NCBI RefSeq assembly: GCF_016127575.1
Contig: NZ_CP066019.1
Span: forward strand, 360,001 to 392,000
Reading direction: 5' to 3'
Length of the DNA: 32,000 bases
DNA from: Cupriavidus necator
GTDB lineage: Bacteria > Pseudomonadota > Gammaproteobacteria > Burkholderiales > Burkholderiaceae
Positions 16,123-23,922 of the stretch are shown here, in pieces (positions within the stretch are counted from its first letter, which is position 1; every line of letters starts with the position of its first letter). Position numbers and translations under genes: made by a program. Below the pieces are notes generated by a model. It ran no database searches. It saw nothing but the letters and a program-made list of their open reading frames with translations, and was not told the origin of the DNA.

Positions 16123-17034
16123 ATGAGCCTGCTTGAAGGGAAAGTCATCATCGTGACCGGCGCCGGCGCCGGCGTGGGCAAGGGGATCGCGCTGGAGGCG
16201 GCCCGCCAGGGTGCGCGCGTGATCGTCAACGACATCGGCGTCAACATCGACGGCTCGGGCGGCAGCGCCAGCCCCGGCGAACAGGTCGTCGCGGAAATCC
16301 GCGCGGCTGGCGGCGAGGCGGCGGTCAACACCGACAGCGTGGCCGACTGGGGCGCGGCGCAGAAGATCGCCCAGCAGGCCATGGACCTGTATGGCCGCAT
16401 CGATGGCGTGGTCAACAACGCCGGCAACCTGCGCGACGTCCTCTTCCACAAGATGAGCGAAGAAGAGTTCGACGCCGTGATCGCGGTCCACCTCAAGGGC
16501 AGCTGGAACGTCTCGCGCTCGGTGGCGCCGCATTTCAAGGCGCAGGAGAGCGGCGCCTTTGTCCACATGACCTCGACCACCGGCCTGATCGGCAACTTCG
16601 GCCAGGCCAACTATGCGGCGGCCAAGCTCGGCATCGTCGCGCTGTCGAAGTCCATCGCCATCGACATGCAGAAGTTCAACGTGCGCTCCAACTGCATCGC
16701 GCCGTTCGCCTTCACGCGCATGGTCGACAGCGTGCCCGCCAATACGCCGGAAGCGCTGGAACGCCGCAAGGTCAACATGCGCCTGGAGGCCGGCAAGATC
16801 GCGCCGTTCACGCTGGCCCTGCTGGCCGACGAAGCGAAGCACGTCAACGCCCAGGTCTTCGGCGTGCGCAACAACGAAGTCTTCCTGTTCTCCCAGCCGC
16901 GGCCGATCCGCTCGGCCCACAGGAGCGAAGGCTGGACCGTGCAGTCCTGCGTGGAGCATGCCATCCCGATGCTCAAGAGTTCGTTCGTCCCGTTCGAGCT
17001 GTCGCGCGACATCTTCACCTGGGACCCGGTCTGA
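16123..17034 (+). CDS. SDR family (3R)-hydroxyacyl-CoA dehydrogenase, MFE-2 / HSD17B4 N-terminal-domain-like (Hsd4A-like)
   Basis: Lies in ORF 16075..17034. The start is taken as the ATG at 16123 (MSLLEGKVIIVTGAGAGVGKG). VIVNDIG...DG, RIDGVVNNAGNLRD, LKGSWNVSR, GLIGNFGQANYAAAKLG and SNCIAP follow, from memory, the MFE-2 dehydrogenase domain. Confidence 0.85.
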   Translation: MSLLEGKVIIVTGAGAGVGKGIALEAARQGARVIVNDIGVNIDGSGGSASPGEQVVAEIRAAGGEAAVNTDSVADWGAAQKIAQQAMDLYGRIDGVVNNAGNLRDVLFHKMSEEEFDAVIAVHLKGSWNVSRSVAPHFKAQESGAFVHMTSTTGLIGNFGQANYAAAKLGIVALSKSIAIDMQKFNVRSNCIAPFAFTRMVDSVPANTPEALERRKVNMRLEAGKIAPFTLALLADEAKHVNAQVFGVRNNEVFLFSQPRPIRSAHRSEGWTVQSCVEHAIPMLKSSFVPFELSRDIFTWDPV

Positions 17035-17065
17035 CCGCGGATCACGGCTTCAAAGGAGCAATGCA

Positions 17066-18283
17066 ATGGATTTCGAGCCCGATCTCGGACTGGAGGCGTT
17101 CCGCCAGGAAGTACGGACTTTCCTGCGCGAGAGCCTGCCTGCCGACCTGGCCGGCAGGCCGCGCAGCGGCACTCGCTCTTCGCGCGCGGACCTGACTCGC
17201 TGGCAGGGCATCCTGAACCAGCGTGGCTGGGGCGCACCGTCCTGGCCGAAAGAGCATGGCGGCACCGGCTGGTCGGTGCTGCAACGGCTAATCTTCGACG
17301 AGGAATGCGTGGCCGCCGGCGCCCCGTCGCCGGACACCGCCGCCCAGCGCCTGCTGGGACCGGTGCTGAACGCTTTCGGCACGCCGGCGCAGCGCGCCGA
17401 GCATATCCCGCACATGCTGAGCGGCGAGCGCCAGTGGTGCCAGGGCTTCTCGGAGCCGGGTTCCGGCTCCGACCTCGCCTCGCTGCGCACGCGCGCAGTC
17501 AGGGATGGCGACCACTATGTGGTCAACGGCCAGAAAATCTGGACCACCTGCGCCCACCGCGCCGACTGGATCTTCCTGCTGGTGCGCACCGATCCCGAGG
17601 CGAAGAAGCAGGCCGGCATCACCTTCCTGCTGGTGGACATGAAGTCGCCCGGCATCACGGTGCGGCCGATCCGCAGCATCGACGGCTGCCACCACCTGAA
17701 CGAGACCTTCTTCGAGGATGTCAGGGTGCCGGTGGCCAACCGCGTGGGCGAGGAAGGCGCCGGGTGGAGTATCACCAAGTTCCTGCTCAACAACGAACAC
17801 GCGACGGCCGCCGACCTGCCGATGCTGCGCCGCTACCTGACGCAGGTGCGCAATCTCGCCGCGCGCAAGGATGTCAGCGGCCGCACGCTGGCGCAGCGGC
17901 ACGAGTTTTCGCTGCGGCTGGCGCGCTTCGAGGCGGAGCTGAACGCCATCGCCATGCTGGTGCAGCGCGTGGCGTCGATGGAGGAAGACCATAGTCCCGC
18001 TGCCCACGCGATGGGCTCCATGCTGAAGATCCGCGGCACGGAACTGCAGCAGGCCATGAGCACCTTCCTGGTGGAAGCGCTGGGCGACTACGGCGCCGTG
18101 GCGTACCCGACGCTGGACGACGAGGGTGGCAACGGCCATGGCGACGAACGCGCCGAGCTGCCCATGCAGGACCTGGGCCGCGGCATCGCCAGCGAGATGT
18201 TCTTCCGGCGCGCCTCGACCATCTATGGCGGCACCAGCGAAGTCCAGCGGACCATCATCGCCAAGTCGCTGTTCAATTTCTGA
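17066..18283 (+). CDS. acyl-CoA dehydrogenase family protein (alpha-like member of second ACAD pair)
   Basis: ATG at 17066 sits 7 nt after AAGGAG (17053-17058). The protein starts MDFEPDLGLEAFRQEVRTF. It carries CQGFSEPGSGSDLASL, NGQKIWTT and the C-terminal IYGGTSEVQRTIIA. It is a clear paralogue of 107..1252. Confidence 0.9.
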   Translation: MDFEPDLGLEAFRQEVRTFLRESLPADLAGRPRSGTRSSRADLTRWQGILNQRGWGAPSWPKEHGGTGWSVLQRLIFDEECVAAGAPSPDTAAQRLLGPVLNAFGTPAQRAEHIPHMLSGERQWCQGFSEPGSGSDLASLRTRAVRDGDHYVVNGQKIWTTCAHRADWIFLLVRTDPEAKKQAGITFLLVDMKSPGITVRPIRSIDGCHHLNETFFEDVRVPVANRVGEEGAGWSITKFLLNNEHATAADLPMLRRYLTQVRNLAARKDVSGRTLAQRHEFSLRLARFEAELNAIAMLVQRVASMEEDHSPAAHAMGSMLKIRGTELQQAMSTFLVEALGDYGAVAYPTLDDEGGNGHGDERAELPMQDLGRGIASEMFFRRASTIYGGTSEVQRTIIAKSLFNF

Positions 18284-18298
18284 AGGCAGTCACCGAGC

Positions 18299-19432
18299 AT
18301 GAAATTCAACCTGAATGATGAGCAAGGCCTGCTGCGCGACAGCGTGCGGCGCTTTGTCGACAAGGAATACGACCTCGCGGCGCGCACGGCACGCCTGCGC
18401 AGCGGCGAGCCGTGCCATGCCGGCCATTGGCGCACCTTCGCCGATAACGGCTGGCTGGCCGCGGCGCTGCCGGAAGCGGCGGGCGGACTGGGCGGCAATG
18501 TCATCGACATGGCGCTGATCAGCGCCGAGTTCGGCCGCGGCCTGGTGATCGAGCCCTGGCTCGGCAGCGCCGTGCTGGCGCCGCAGACGGTGCTGGCAGG
18601 CGGCTCTGCGCTGCAACGCGAAGCGCTGCTGCCCGCCGTGGCGGACGGCTCGCGCCGGCTGGCGCTGGCCTACAGCGAAAGCCAGTCGCGCGGCTTCGCC
18701 GGCCCGGTCCTGACGCGCGCCATGCCGACGCAGGGCGGCTACACACTGCACGGCACCAAGACGCTGGTGCTGGGCGGCTGCGACGCCGATGCGTTCGTGG
18801 TCTCGGCCGATGTGGCCGGTGTGGGCACCAGCCTGTTCGTGGTGCCGGCCGGAAAGGAAGGCGTAAAGCGGCGCGCACTGCCGCTGCATGACGGCAGCTG
18901 GGCCGCCGAAGTGAGCTTCGACGGCGTCTTCGTTCCGGCCGACGCGCTCCTGGGCGAGGCCGGCAACGGCGAGGCCGCGCTGCGCCAGGGCCTGGCGCAT
19001 GGCACCGCCGCGCTGTGCGCCGAACTGGTGGGCGCCATGGAGAAGGCCATCGAGATCACGGCGGAGTACCTGAAGGTGCGCAAGCAGTTCGGCGTGGCGA
19101 TCGGCAGCTTCCAGTCGCTGCAGCACCGGGTGTCGGACATGGCCGCCGAGATGGAAGTCGCCCGCTCGATGCTTTACGTGCTGCTGGCAGCCATCGAAAA
19201 CGACAGCCCCGACCTGGACCGCACCGTGTCGCAGGCCAAGAGCCTGGTGGTGCGCGCCGCGCGCTTTGTGTGCGGACAGGCCATCCAGCTGCACGGCGGC
19301 ATTGGCATGACCGAGGAATATCCAGTCGGCCATTACTTCAAGCGCGCCGTCGTGGCGGACGCGCTGTTCGGCAATGCCGACATGCACGATGCGCGCAATG
19401 CCGAGGCATGGCAGGCATCCCTGACTGAATAG
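18299..19432 (+). CDS. acyl-CoA dehydrogenase family protein (beta-like partner of second ACAD pair)
   Basis: 377 aa, starting 15 nt after the upstream stop. The ACAD C-terminal domain is present (QFGVAIGSFQSLQHRVSDM, IQLHGGIGMTEEYPVGHYFKR). The SEPxxGSD position reads SESQSRGF. It is a paralogue of 1249..2346. Confidence 0.85.
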   Translation: MKFNLNDEQGLLRDSVRRFVDKEYDLAARTARLRSGEPCHAGHWRTFADNGWLAAALPEAAGGLGGNVIDMALISAEFGRGLVIEPWLGSAVLAPQTVLAGGSALQREALLPAVADGSRRLALAYSESQSRGFAGPVLTRAMPTQGGYTLHGTKTLVLGGCDADAFVVSADVAGVGTSLFVVPAGKEGVKRRALPLHDGSWAAEVSFDGVFVPADALLGEAGNGEAALRQGLAHGTAALCAELVGAMEKAIEITAEYLKVRKQFGVAIGSFQSLQHRVSDMAAEMEVARSMLYVLLAAIENDSPDLDRTVSQAKSLVVRAARFVCGQAIQLHGGIGMTEEYPVGHYFKRAVVADALFGNADMHDARNAEAWQASLTE

Positions 19433-19443
19433 GAAGAGCAAGC

Positions 19444-19899
19444 ATGAAGACCTACGAGAACATCGCCGATCTCCAGCCGCTGGTTGGAGAAGTCATCGGC
19501 ACGAGCGAATGGCTGGCGCTGGACCAGGCCCGCATCAATACGTTCGCCGACGCCACGGGCGACCACCAGTGGATTCACGTCGACGTCGAGCGCGCGAAGA
19601 ACGGCCCGTTCGGCGCGCCGATCGCCCACGGTTTCCTGACGCTGAGCCTGCTGCCTGCCTTTACGCACTCCGCGTACCGGATCCGGAACAGCAGCACGGG
19701 CGTCAACTATGGCCTCGACAAGGTGCGGTTTCCCGCCCCGGTTCCGGTCGACAGCCTGCTGCGTGCGCAATTCAAGCTGATGTCGTACGAGGCGCTGGAG
19801 AACGGCGGCGCCCAGTTCAAGGTCGAGATGATGGTGGAGCGGCAGGGCGGCAGCAAGCCGGTGTGCATCGCGGAATCGATCCTGCGGCGCTTTCCCTGA
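19444..19899 (+). CDS. MaoC family (R)-specific enoyl-CoA hydratase / hydratase-2-like dehydratase
   Basis: 151 aa. Hot-dog-fold hydratase-2 motif FADATGDHQWIHVDVERA with the Asp/His pair. It starts 11 nt after the ACAD stop. Confidence 0.85.
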   Translation: MKTYENIADLQPLVGEVIGTSEWLALDQARINTFADATGDHQWIHVDVERAKNGPFGAPIAHGFLTLSLLPAFTHSAYRIRNSSTGVNYGLDKVRFPAPVPVDSLLRAQFKLMSYEALENGGAQFKVEMMVERQGGSKPVCIAESILRRFP

Positions 19900-19935
19900 T
19901 TTCCATAAGGCGCCGCACGCCGCGCGGTGACGACG

Positions 19936-19970
19936 ACGGGCGGGTCTGCTGGCAGGCCGCCCGTCTTTTG
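19936..19970 (+). terminator. rho-independent terminator after the MaoC gene
   Basis: Stem ACGGGCGG (19936-19943) pairs with CCGCCCGT (19957-19964), with extra inner pairs, and is followed by CTTTTG. Confidence 0.6.
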
Positions 19971-20030
19971 CCATTCAGGCACCCCGGCAGACAGACCGCC
20001 CCCACGGCAGTGTTGCCGTCTAGCCAACCA

Positions 20031-20137
20031 CCGTCGTTCCCGCGCATACCCGAAGGGCACGTGGGCGGGAACCCAGTGACTTTGATCCCGAAGGGGACGT
20101 GAAGACGCTGGATTCCCGCCTGCGCGGGAATGACGGT
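20031..20137 (+). repeat. second, expanded copy of the nested-palindrome REP/dRS3-like core
   Basis: The ends match copy 1 (CCGTCGTTCCCGCG ... GGGAATGACGG). The right hairpin ATTCCC-GCCTGCGC-GGGAAT (20112-20131) is perfect. The left hairpin and the centre carry extra sequence (catacccgaagggcacgtgg; gatcccgaaggggacgtg). The flanking TIR-like sequences are degenerate. Confidence 0.65.
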
Positions 20138-20205
20138 AGCGCTTGATGCCTTAACAGGACTACGTCATCCCCATGCAGGGGACTCAATAGAAGGAGGAGA
20201 CAGGC

Positions 20206-21216
20206 ATGACCAGACCCCATTCGACACGCCGCCGCCACATCCTGGCGCTGGCCGCCAGCAGCGTCATCCAGACGCTGGCACCGGCCGCGCGGGCGCAGGC
20301 GCGCGGCTACCCGGACCGCCCGCTCAGGATCGTGTCCGTCGCGAGCCCGGGATCGGGCATCGACGACTACACGCGCCTGCTGGCCAAGTTCCTGGGCGAG
20401 AAGCTGGGCCAGGGCGTGGTCGTGGAGAACCGGCCCGGGGCCAACATGATCATCGCCAGCGACTACGTGGCCAAGTCAGCGCCGGACGGCTATACGCTGC
20501 TGCTGACCGCATCGAGCTCGATGGCGGCGAATCCCTTCCTGTTCCGCCAGCTGCCGTACAACCCCAACAAGGACTTCGTGCCGGTGGCCCGGCTGTCGAC
20601 GTTGCCCATCGTGCTGGTGGTGCCGGCCGCATCGCCATACAGGACCGTGGCCGACCTGGTCAACGCCGCGCGCGCCAATCCGGGCAAGCTCAATGGCGCC
20701 AGCAGCAGCACCGGCTACCGGCTGATGGCCGCCGCGTTCACGCAGGCGGCGGGCATCCGGACGACCGACGTGCCGTACAAGGCGACCGCCAGCCTGCTGA
20801 CGGACCTGATGGGGGGCAGCGTCGATTTCACCATGGTGGAGTTCGGGGCGGCGCTGGCGCTGATCCGCTCGAACAAGCTGCGTGCGCTTGCCATGCTGAG
20901 TCCGAAGCGGCTGCCGCAGTTGCCCGACGTGCCGACGCTGGCGGAAGCCGGCATGCGCAACGGCACGCTGGTGGAGTCGGTGTCGCGCATCAACTGGAGC
21001 GGGCTGTTCGCGCCCGCGGGCACACCGGCGCCGATCGTGGAGCGGCTCGGGCGGCTGTCGCTGGAGTTCGTCAATTCGCCGGAGGCGGCGGCGCACTACG
21101 CCAGCCGGGGCAGCCTGGCGAATCCCGGCTCGGGCCCGGAACTGGGCAAGGCGGTGCTGGACGACCAGCAGGTCTGGAAAACGCTGATCGCCGCGGCTGG
21201 CGTGCAGCCCGAGTAG
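20206..21216 (+). CDS. Bug family tripartite tricarboxylate transporter substrate-binding protein (TctC-like)
   Basis: 336 aa. AAGGAGGAGA (20191-20200) lies upstream of the ATG at 20206. Signal peptide with TRRRHILAL. Then YPDRPLRIV, ENRPGAN and YKATASLLTDLMGGSVD. Confidence 0.9.
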   Translation: MTRPHSTRRRHILALAASSVIQTLAPAARAQARGYPDRPLRIVSVASPGSGIDDYTRLLAKFLGEKLGQGVVVENRPGANMIIASDYVAKSAPDGYTLLLTASSSMAANPFLFRQLPYNPNKDFVPVARLSTLPIVLVVPAASPYRTVADLVNAARANPGKLNGASSSTGYRLMAAAFTQAAGIRTTDVPYKATASLLTDLMGGSVDFTMVEFGAALALIRSNKLRALAMLSPKRLPQLPDVPTLAEAGMRNGTLVESVSRINWSGLFAPAGTPAPIVERLGRLSLEFVNSPEAAAHYASRGSLANPGSGPELGKAVLDDQQVWKTLIAAAGVQPE

Positions 21217-21336
21217 TGAATTAGTTAAGGTTTCTATTCCTGCTGTCATTCCCGCGAAAGCGGGAACCCAGCGTCTTTCAAAGCCACTGGGTCCCCGCTT
21301 TCGCGGGGACGACGGCGGACTAACTGAACCGCATTA
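21208..21336 (-). mobile_element. third copy of the MITE/REP-like element (inverted orientation relative to copy 1)
   Basis: Core 21243-21315 is identical to the reverse complement of the copy-1 core except for 1 nt. The right TIR AACTGAACCGCATTA (21322-21336) has 1 mismatch. The left TIR is degenerate and overlaps the TAG stop (21214-21216) of the Bug gene. The element lies between convergent Bug genes. Confidence 0.7.
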
Positions 21337-21351
21337 ACCCGGGGGGGCGCC

Positions 21352-22323
21352 TTATTCCACCCGCGCCCCGGACAGGCGGACCAGGCGTTCCACAACGGGA
21401 GCCGTGGCCTCCACATCGCGCTTGAAATCCGCCCCGGTGGTGCCGAGCGGCTGCATGCCGAACACCTGGAAGCGGGCCTTCATCGCGGTGGTCTGCGCGG
21501 CGGCGCGCGCCGCCTGCTCCAGCTTTGCCAGCACCGGCGCCGGCACGTTGGCGGGCGCCAGGATGCCGCCCCAGCCGATGGTCCTGTACTCGGCGCCGGG
21601 AAAGCCGGCCTCGGCCATGGTCGGCACGTCGGGCAGCTCGGCCAGCTTCTGGTTGCCCATGACGGCCAGCGCGCGAAGACGGCCGCTTTTCAGGTGCGGT
21701 GCCAGCGTACCGGTGGTGCCGATGCCCCAGTCGATCTGGCCGCCGATCAGGTCCTGCATCATCGGCGCCTCGCCCTTGTAGGCGGCGTGGGTCATCTCCA
21801 GCTTGTTGGACTCGCTGAAGTACGCCGCCATCAGGTGCGCCGACGAGCCGATGCCGTACGAGCCATAGGTCACGCTGCCCTTGTGCTGCTGCGCCCAAGA
21901 CACAAATTCCCTGACCGACTTCACCGGCACCTTTTGCGTATTGACCGCCATGACGAGCTGGCCGTCGCAAATCTGCGAGACGAAGGTGAAGTCGCGTTTG
22001 ACGTCATAGGGCACCCTTGCATACAGGAACGGCGCCATGAGGATCGGGCCGGACGTGGTGACCAGCAGCGTGTACCCGTCCGGCGCGGCGCGGGCCACGT
22101 ACTGGGCACCGAGCATGCCGCCGGCGCCGGGCCGGTTGTCGATGACGATTGGCTGGCCCAGTTGCTTGCTCATCGTCTCCGCCATGGTGCGGGCGATGGA
22201 GTCCATCGCGCCGCCTGCGGCGTTGGGCACGACGAATGTAATCGGCCGGCTGGGATAGGTGTCGGCCCGCGCGGTGATGCCGCAGAACAGCATGGCCACA
22301 CCGGCGATCGCTTTCCACTTCAT
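21352..22323 (-). CDS. Bug family tripartite tricarboxylate transporter substrate-binding protein (TctC-like)
   Basis: 323 aa. Sec-type signal peptide MKWKAIAGVAMLFCGITARA, then DTYPSRPITFVVP, DNRPGAGG and YKGEAPMMQDLIGGQID. Confidence 0.9.
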   Translation of the reverse strand: MKWKAIAGVAMLFCGITARADTYPSRPITFVVPNAAGGAMDSIARTMAETMSKQLGQPIVIDNRPGAGGMLGAQYVARAAPDGYTLLVTTSGPILMAPFLYARVPYDVKRDFTFVSQICDGQLVMAVNTQKVPVKSVREFVSWAQQHKGSVTYGSYGIGSSAHLMAAYFSESNKLEMTHAAYKGEAPMMQDLIGGQIDWGIGTTGTLAPHLKSGRLRALAVMGNQKLAELPDVPTMAEAGFPGAEYRTIGWGGILAPANVPAPVLAKLEQAARAAAQTTAMKARFQVFGMQPLGTTGADFKRDVEATAPVVERLVRLSGARVE

Positions 22324-22426
22324 CGTTGTCTCCTCTTCTGGGTCTTGTCATGAAGGCCGGGCCTGGCCCGGAAAGTCGCCCGGCCGGCCCCGGTCCCGTC
22401 GCCGCGAGTGGCCGGCCGGGCGGCAA

Positions 22427-23590
22427 TCAGTTGATGGCGTTGAGGCCGAGGATCTCGCGCCCGATGATCAGCGTCTGGATCTCGGTGGTGCCTTCGGGAA
22501 TCAGGCCGCCGCGCGCGTCGCGGAACAGGCGCTCGACCGGGTAGCCCACCGCGCAGCCCATCGCGCCATGCACCTGCAGCGCGAGGTGGGACACTTCATA
22601 GGCGTTATCGGTCGCATACAGCTTGGCGATCGAGCATTCGCTGCGCGCGTTGCCGCTCTGCAAGGCCCGCGCGGCGCGGTAGCCGAGCGCCCGCGCCGCC
22701 TGCACGCGCGTGGTCATGTCGACGATATGCTTCTGCACGAGCTGGAACGAACCGATGGGGCGCCCGAACTGCTTGCGCTGGGTGGCGTAGTCGGTCGCCA
22801 GGTCCAGCGCATACTGCGCCGCGCCGACCGCGCCCATCGCCACGTTGAGACGGCCGAAATTCAGGCCGATCAGCGTCTGGCGCAGGCCCTGGCCTTCCTT
22901 GCCCAGCAGGTTCGCTGCCGGAATCTCGGCATTTTCGAAGGTGAAGGCGGCGGTGCCGGTGGTGCGCGCGAACATCATCTCGACCGGCGTGGCGGTGTAG
23001 GGCGTGGCGTCGCGCTCGACCAGGAACATCGACAGATCGCCGTTGCAGGTGTCGCTGTAGGTGCGCGCCACCACGATGCCGAAGTCGGCGAACATGCCGT
23101 TGGTGATCCACAGCTTGCTGCCGTTGAGCACGTAGGTGTCGCCGCGCTTGTCGGCGCGGGTCTTGATCTCGGCCACGTTCGAGCCGACATCGGGCTCGGA
23201 GATCGACACATAGCTCTTGCGCTCGTTGCGCAGCAGCGGCCACAGGAAGCGCTCCTTCTGGGCCTCGGTGCCGTAGGCCTGGATGATGCCCGCGACGATG
23301 TTCATCGAATTGATGATGGCGCGCAGCGACTGCCAGCAGTAGCCGGCTTCCTCCATCATCACCGCCCAGGTCAGGTAATCCAGCCCCAGCCCGCCTTCGG
23401 ATTCCGGCATGTAGCCGCCGAAGTAGCCGAAATCGGCCAGGCCGGGCAGCACCTCGTGGGGGAAGCGCCGGTTCTTCTCCGCCTCGTCGATGATCGGGGT
23501 GATCTTGTCCTTCAGGTAGCGGCGGATGTTATCGCGCAGCAGGCGCTGGGTGTCGTCCAGGCCATCGATGTCAAGGGTGGTGTCAGCCAT
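22427..23590 (-). CDS. acyl-CoA dehydrogenase (canonical homomeric type)
   Basis: Lies in ORF 22427..23848. ATG at 23590 (MADTTLDIDGLDDTQRLLRD) is preceded by GGAGG. It carries SEPDVGSNVAE, NGSKLWITNG, QFGRPIGSFQLVQ and the C-terminal catalytic-Glu motif IPEGTTEIQ. Confidence 0.9.
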   Translation of the reverse strand: MADTTLDIDGLDDTQRLLRDNIRRYLKDKITPIIDEAEKNRRFPHEVLPGLADFGYFGGYMPESEGGLGLDYLTWAVMMEEAGYCWQSLRAIINSMNIVAGIIQAYGTEAQKERFLWPLLRNERKSYVSISEPDVGSNVAEIKTRADKRGDTYVLNGSKLWITNGMFADFGIVVARTYSDTCNGDLSMFLVERDATPYTATPVEMMFARTTGTAAFTFENAEIPAANLLGKEGQGLRQTLIGLNFGRLNVAMGAVGAAQYALDLATDYATQRKQFGRPIGSFQLVQKHIVDMTTRVQAARALGYRAARALQSGNARSECSIAKLYATDNAYEVSHLALQVHGAMGCAVGYPVERLFRDARGGLIPEGTTEIQTLIIGREILGLNAIN

Positions 23591-23842
23591 GCGGCCTCCG
23601 CAAATAAGAAAGGGTTTGGCGCCATGTTGGCGGCGCGCGGGAGAGGCCGGCAAACGGTTTTTTGGAGGGGCACGGATAAGCGCGGCATGGCGGATAAGTG
23701 CGCCTGATCGCGCAGGGCCGGCACTGGCGCGGCATGGGCGGCGTGCCCTGGCGCAGGCTGCGCTTTGCCGCCCCCCCGACCCCGCAGCGGTCCGGCGTCG
23801 GCGATTTCCGGAAGTCGTCATATGCGCCGCTTGATGCGATAT

Positions 23843-23875
23843 GCGCAACCCCCGCCGGGGGGGCGGGGGTTGCGC
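23843..23875. other. perfect 14-bp GC-rich hairpin/palindrome in a divergent promoter region
   Basis: GCGCAACCCCCGCC (23843-23856) pairs with GGCGGGGGTTGCGC (23862-23875) around a 5-nt G loop. It lies 48 nt upstream of the ATG at 23923. No gene end is nearby, so it is not an ordinary terminator. Confidence 0.6.
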
Positions 23876-23922
23876 GATCGGCGGGTATCTTCAGGCGTGT
23901 ATCGAACCTTGCGAGAGCGAAC

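Noticed and set aside
15383-23702. CGGATAAG motif as a shared operator (15993-16002 in the loop/stem of a 10-bp hairpin upstream of the MFE-2-like operon; 23673-23681 and 23691-23699 upstream of ACAD/NMO)
   Set aside because: The same decamer context (CGCGGATAAG) also occurs inside the regulator coding sequence at about 15383-15392. I could not scan the window exhaustively, so enrichment in promoters is not established. It is mentioned only as part of the 23591-23922 finding.
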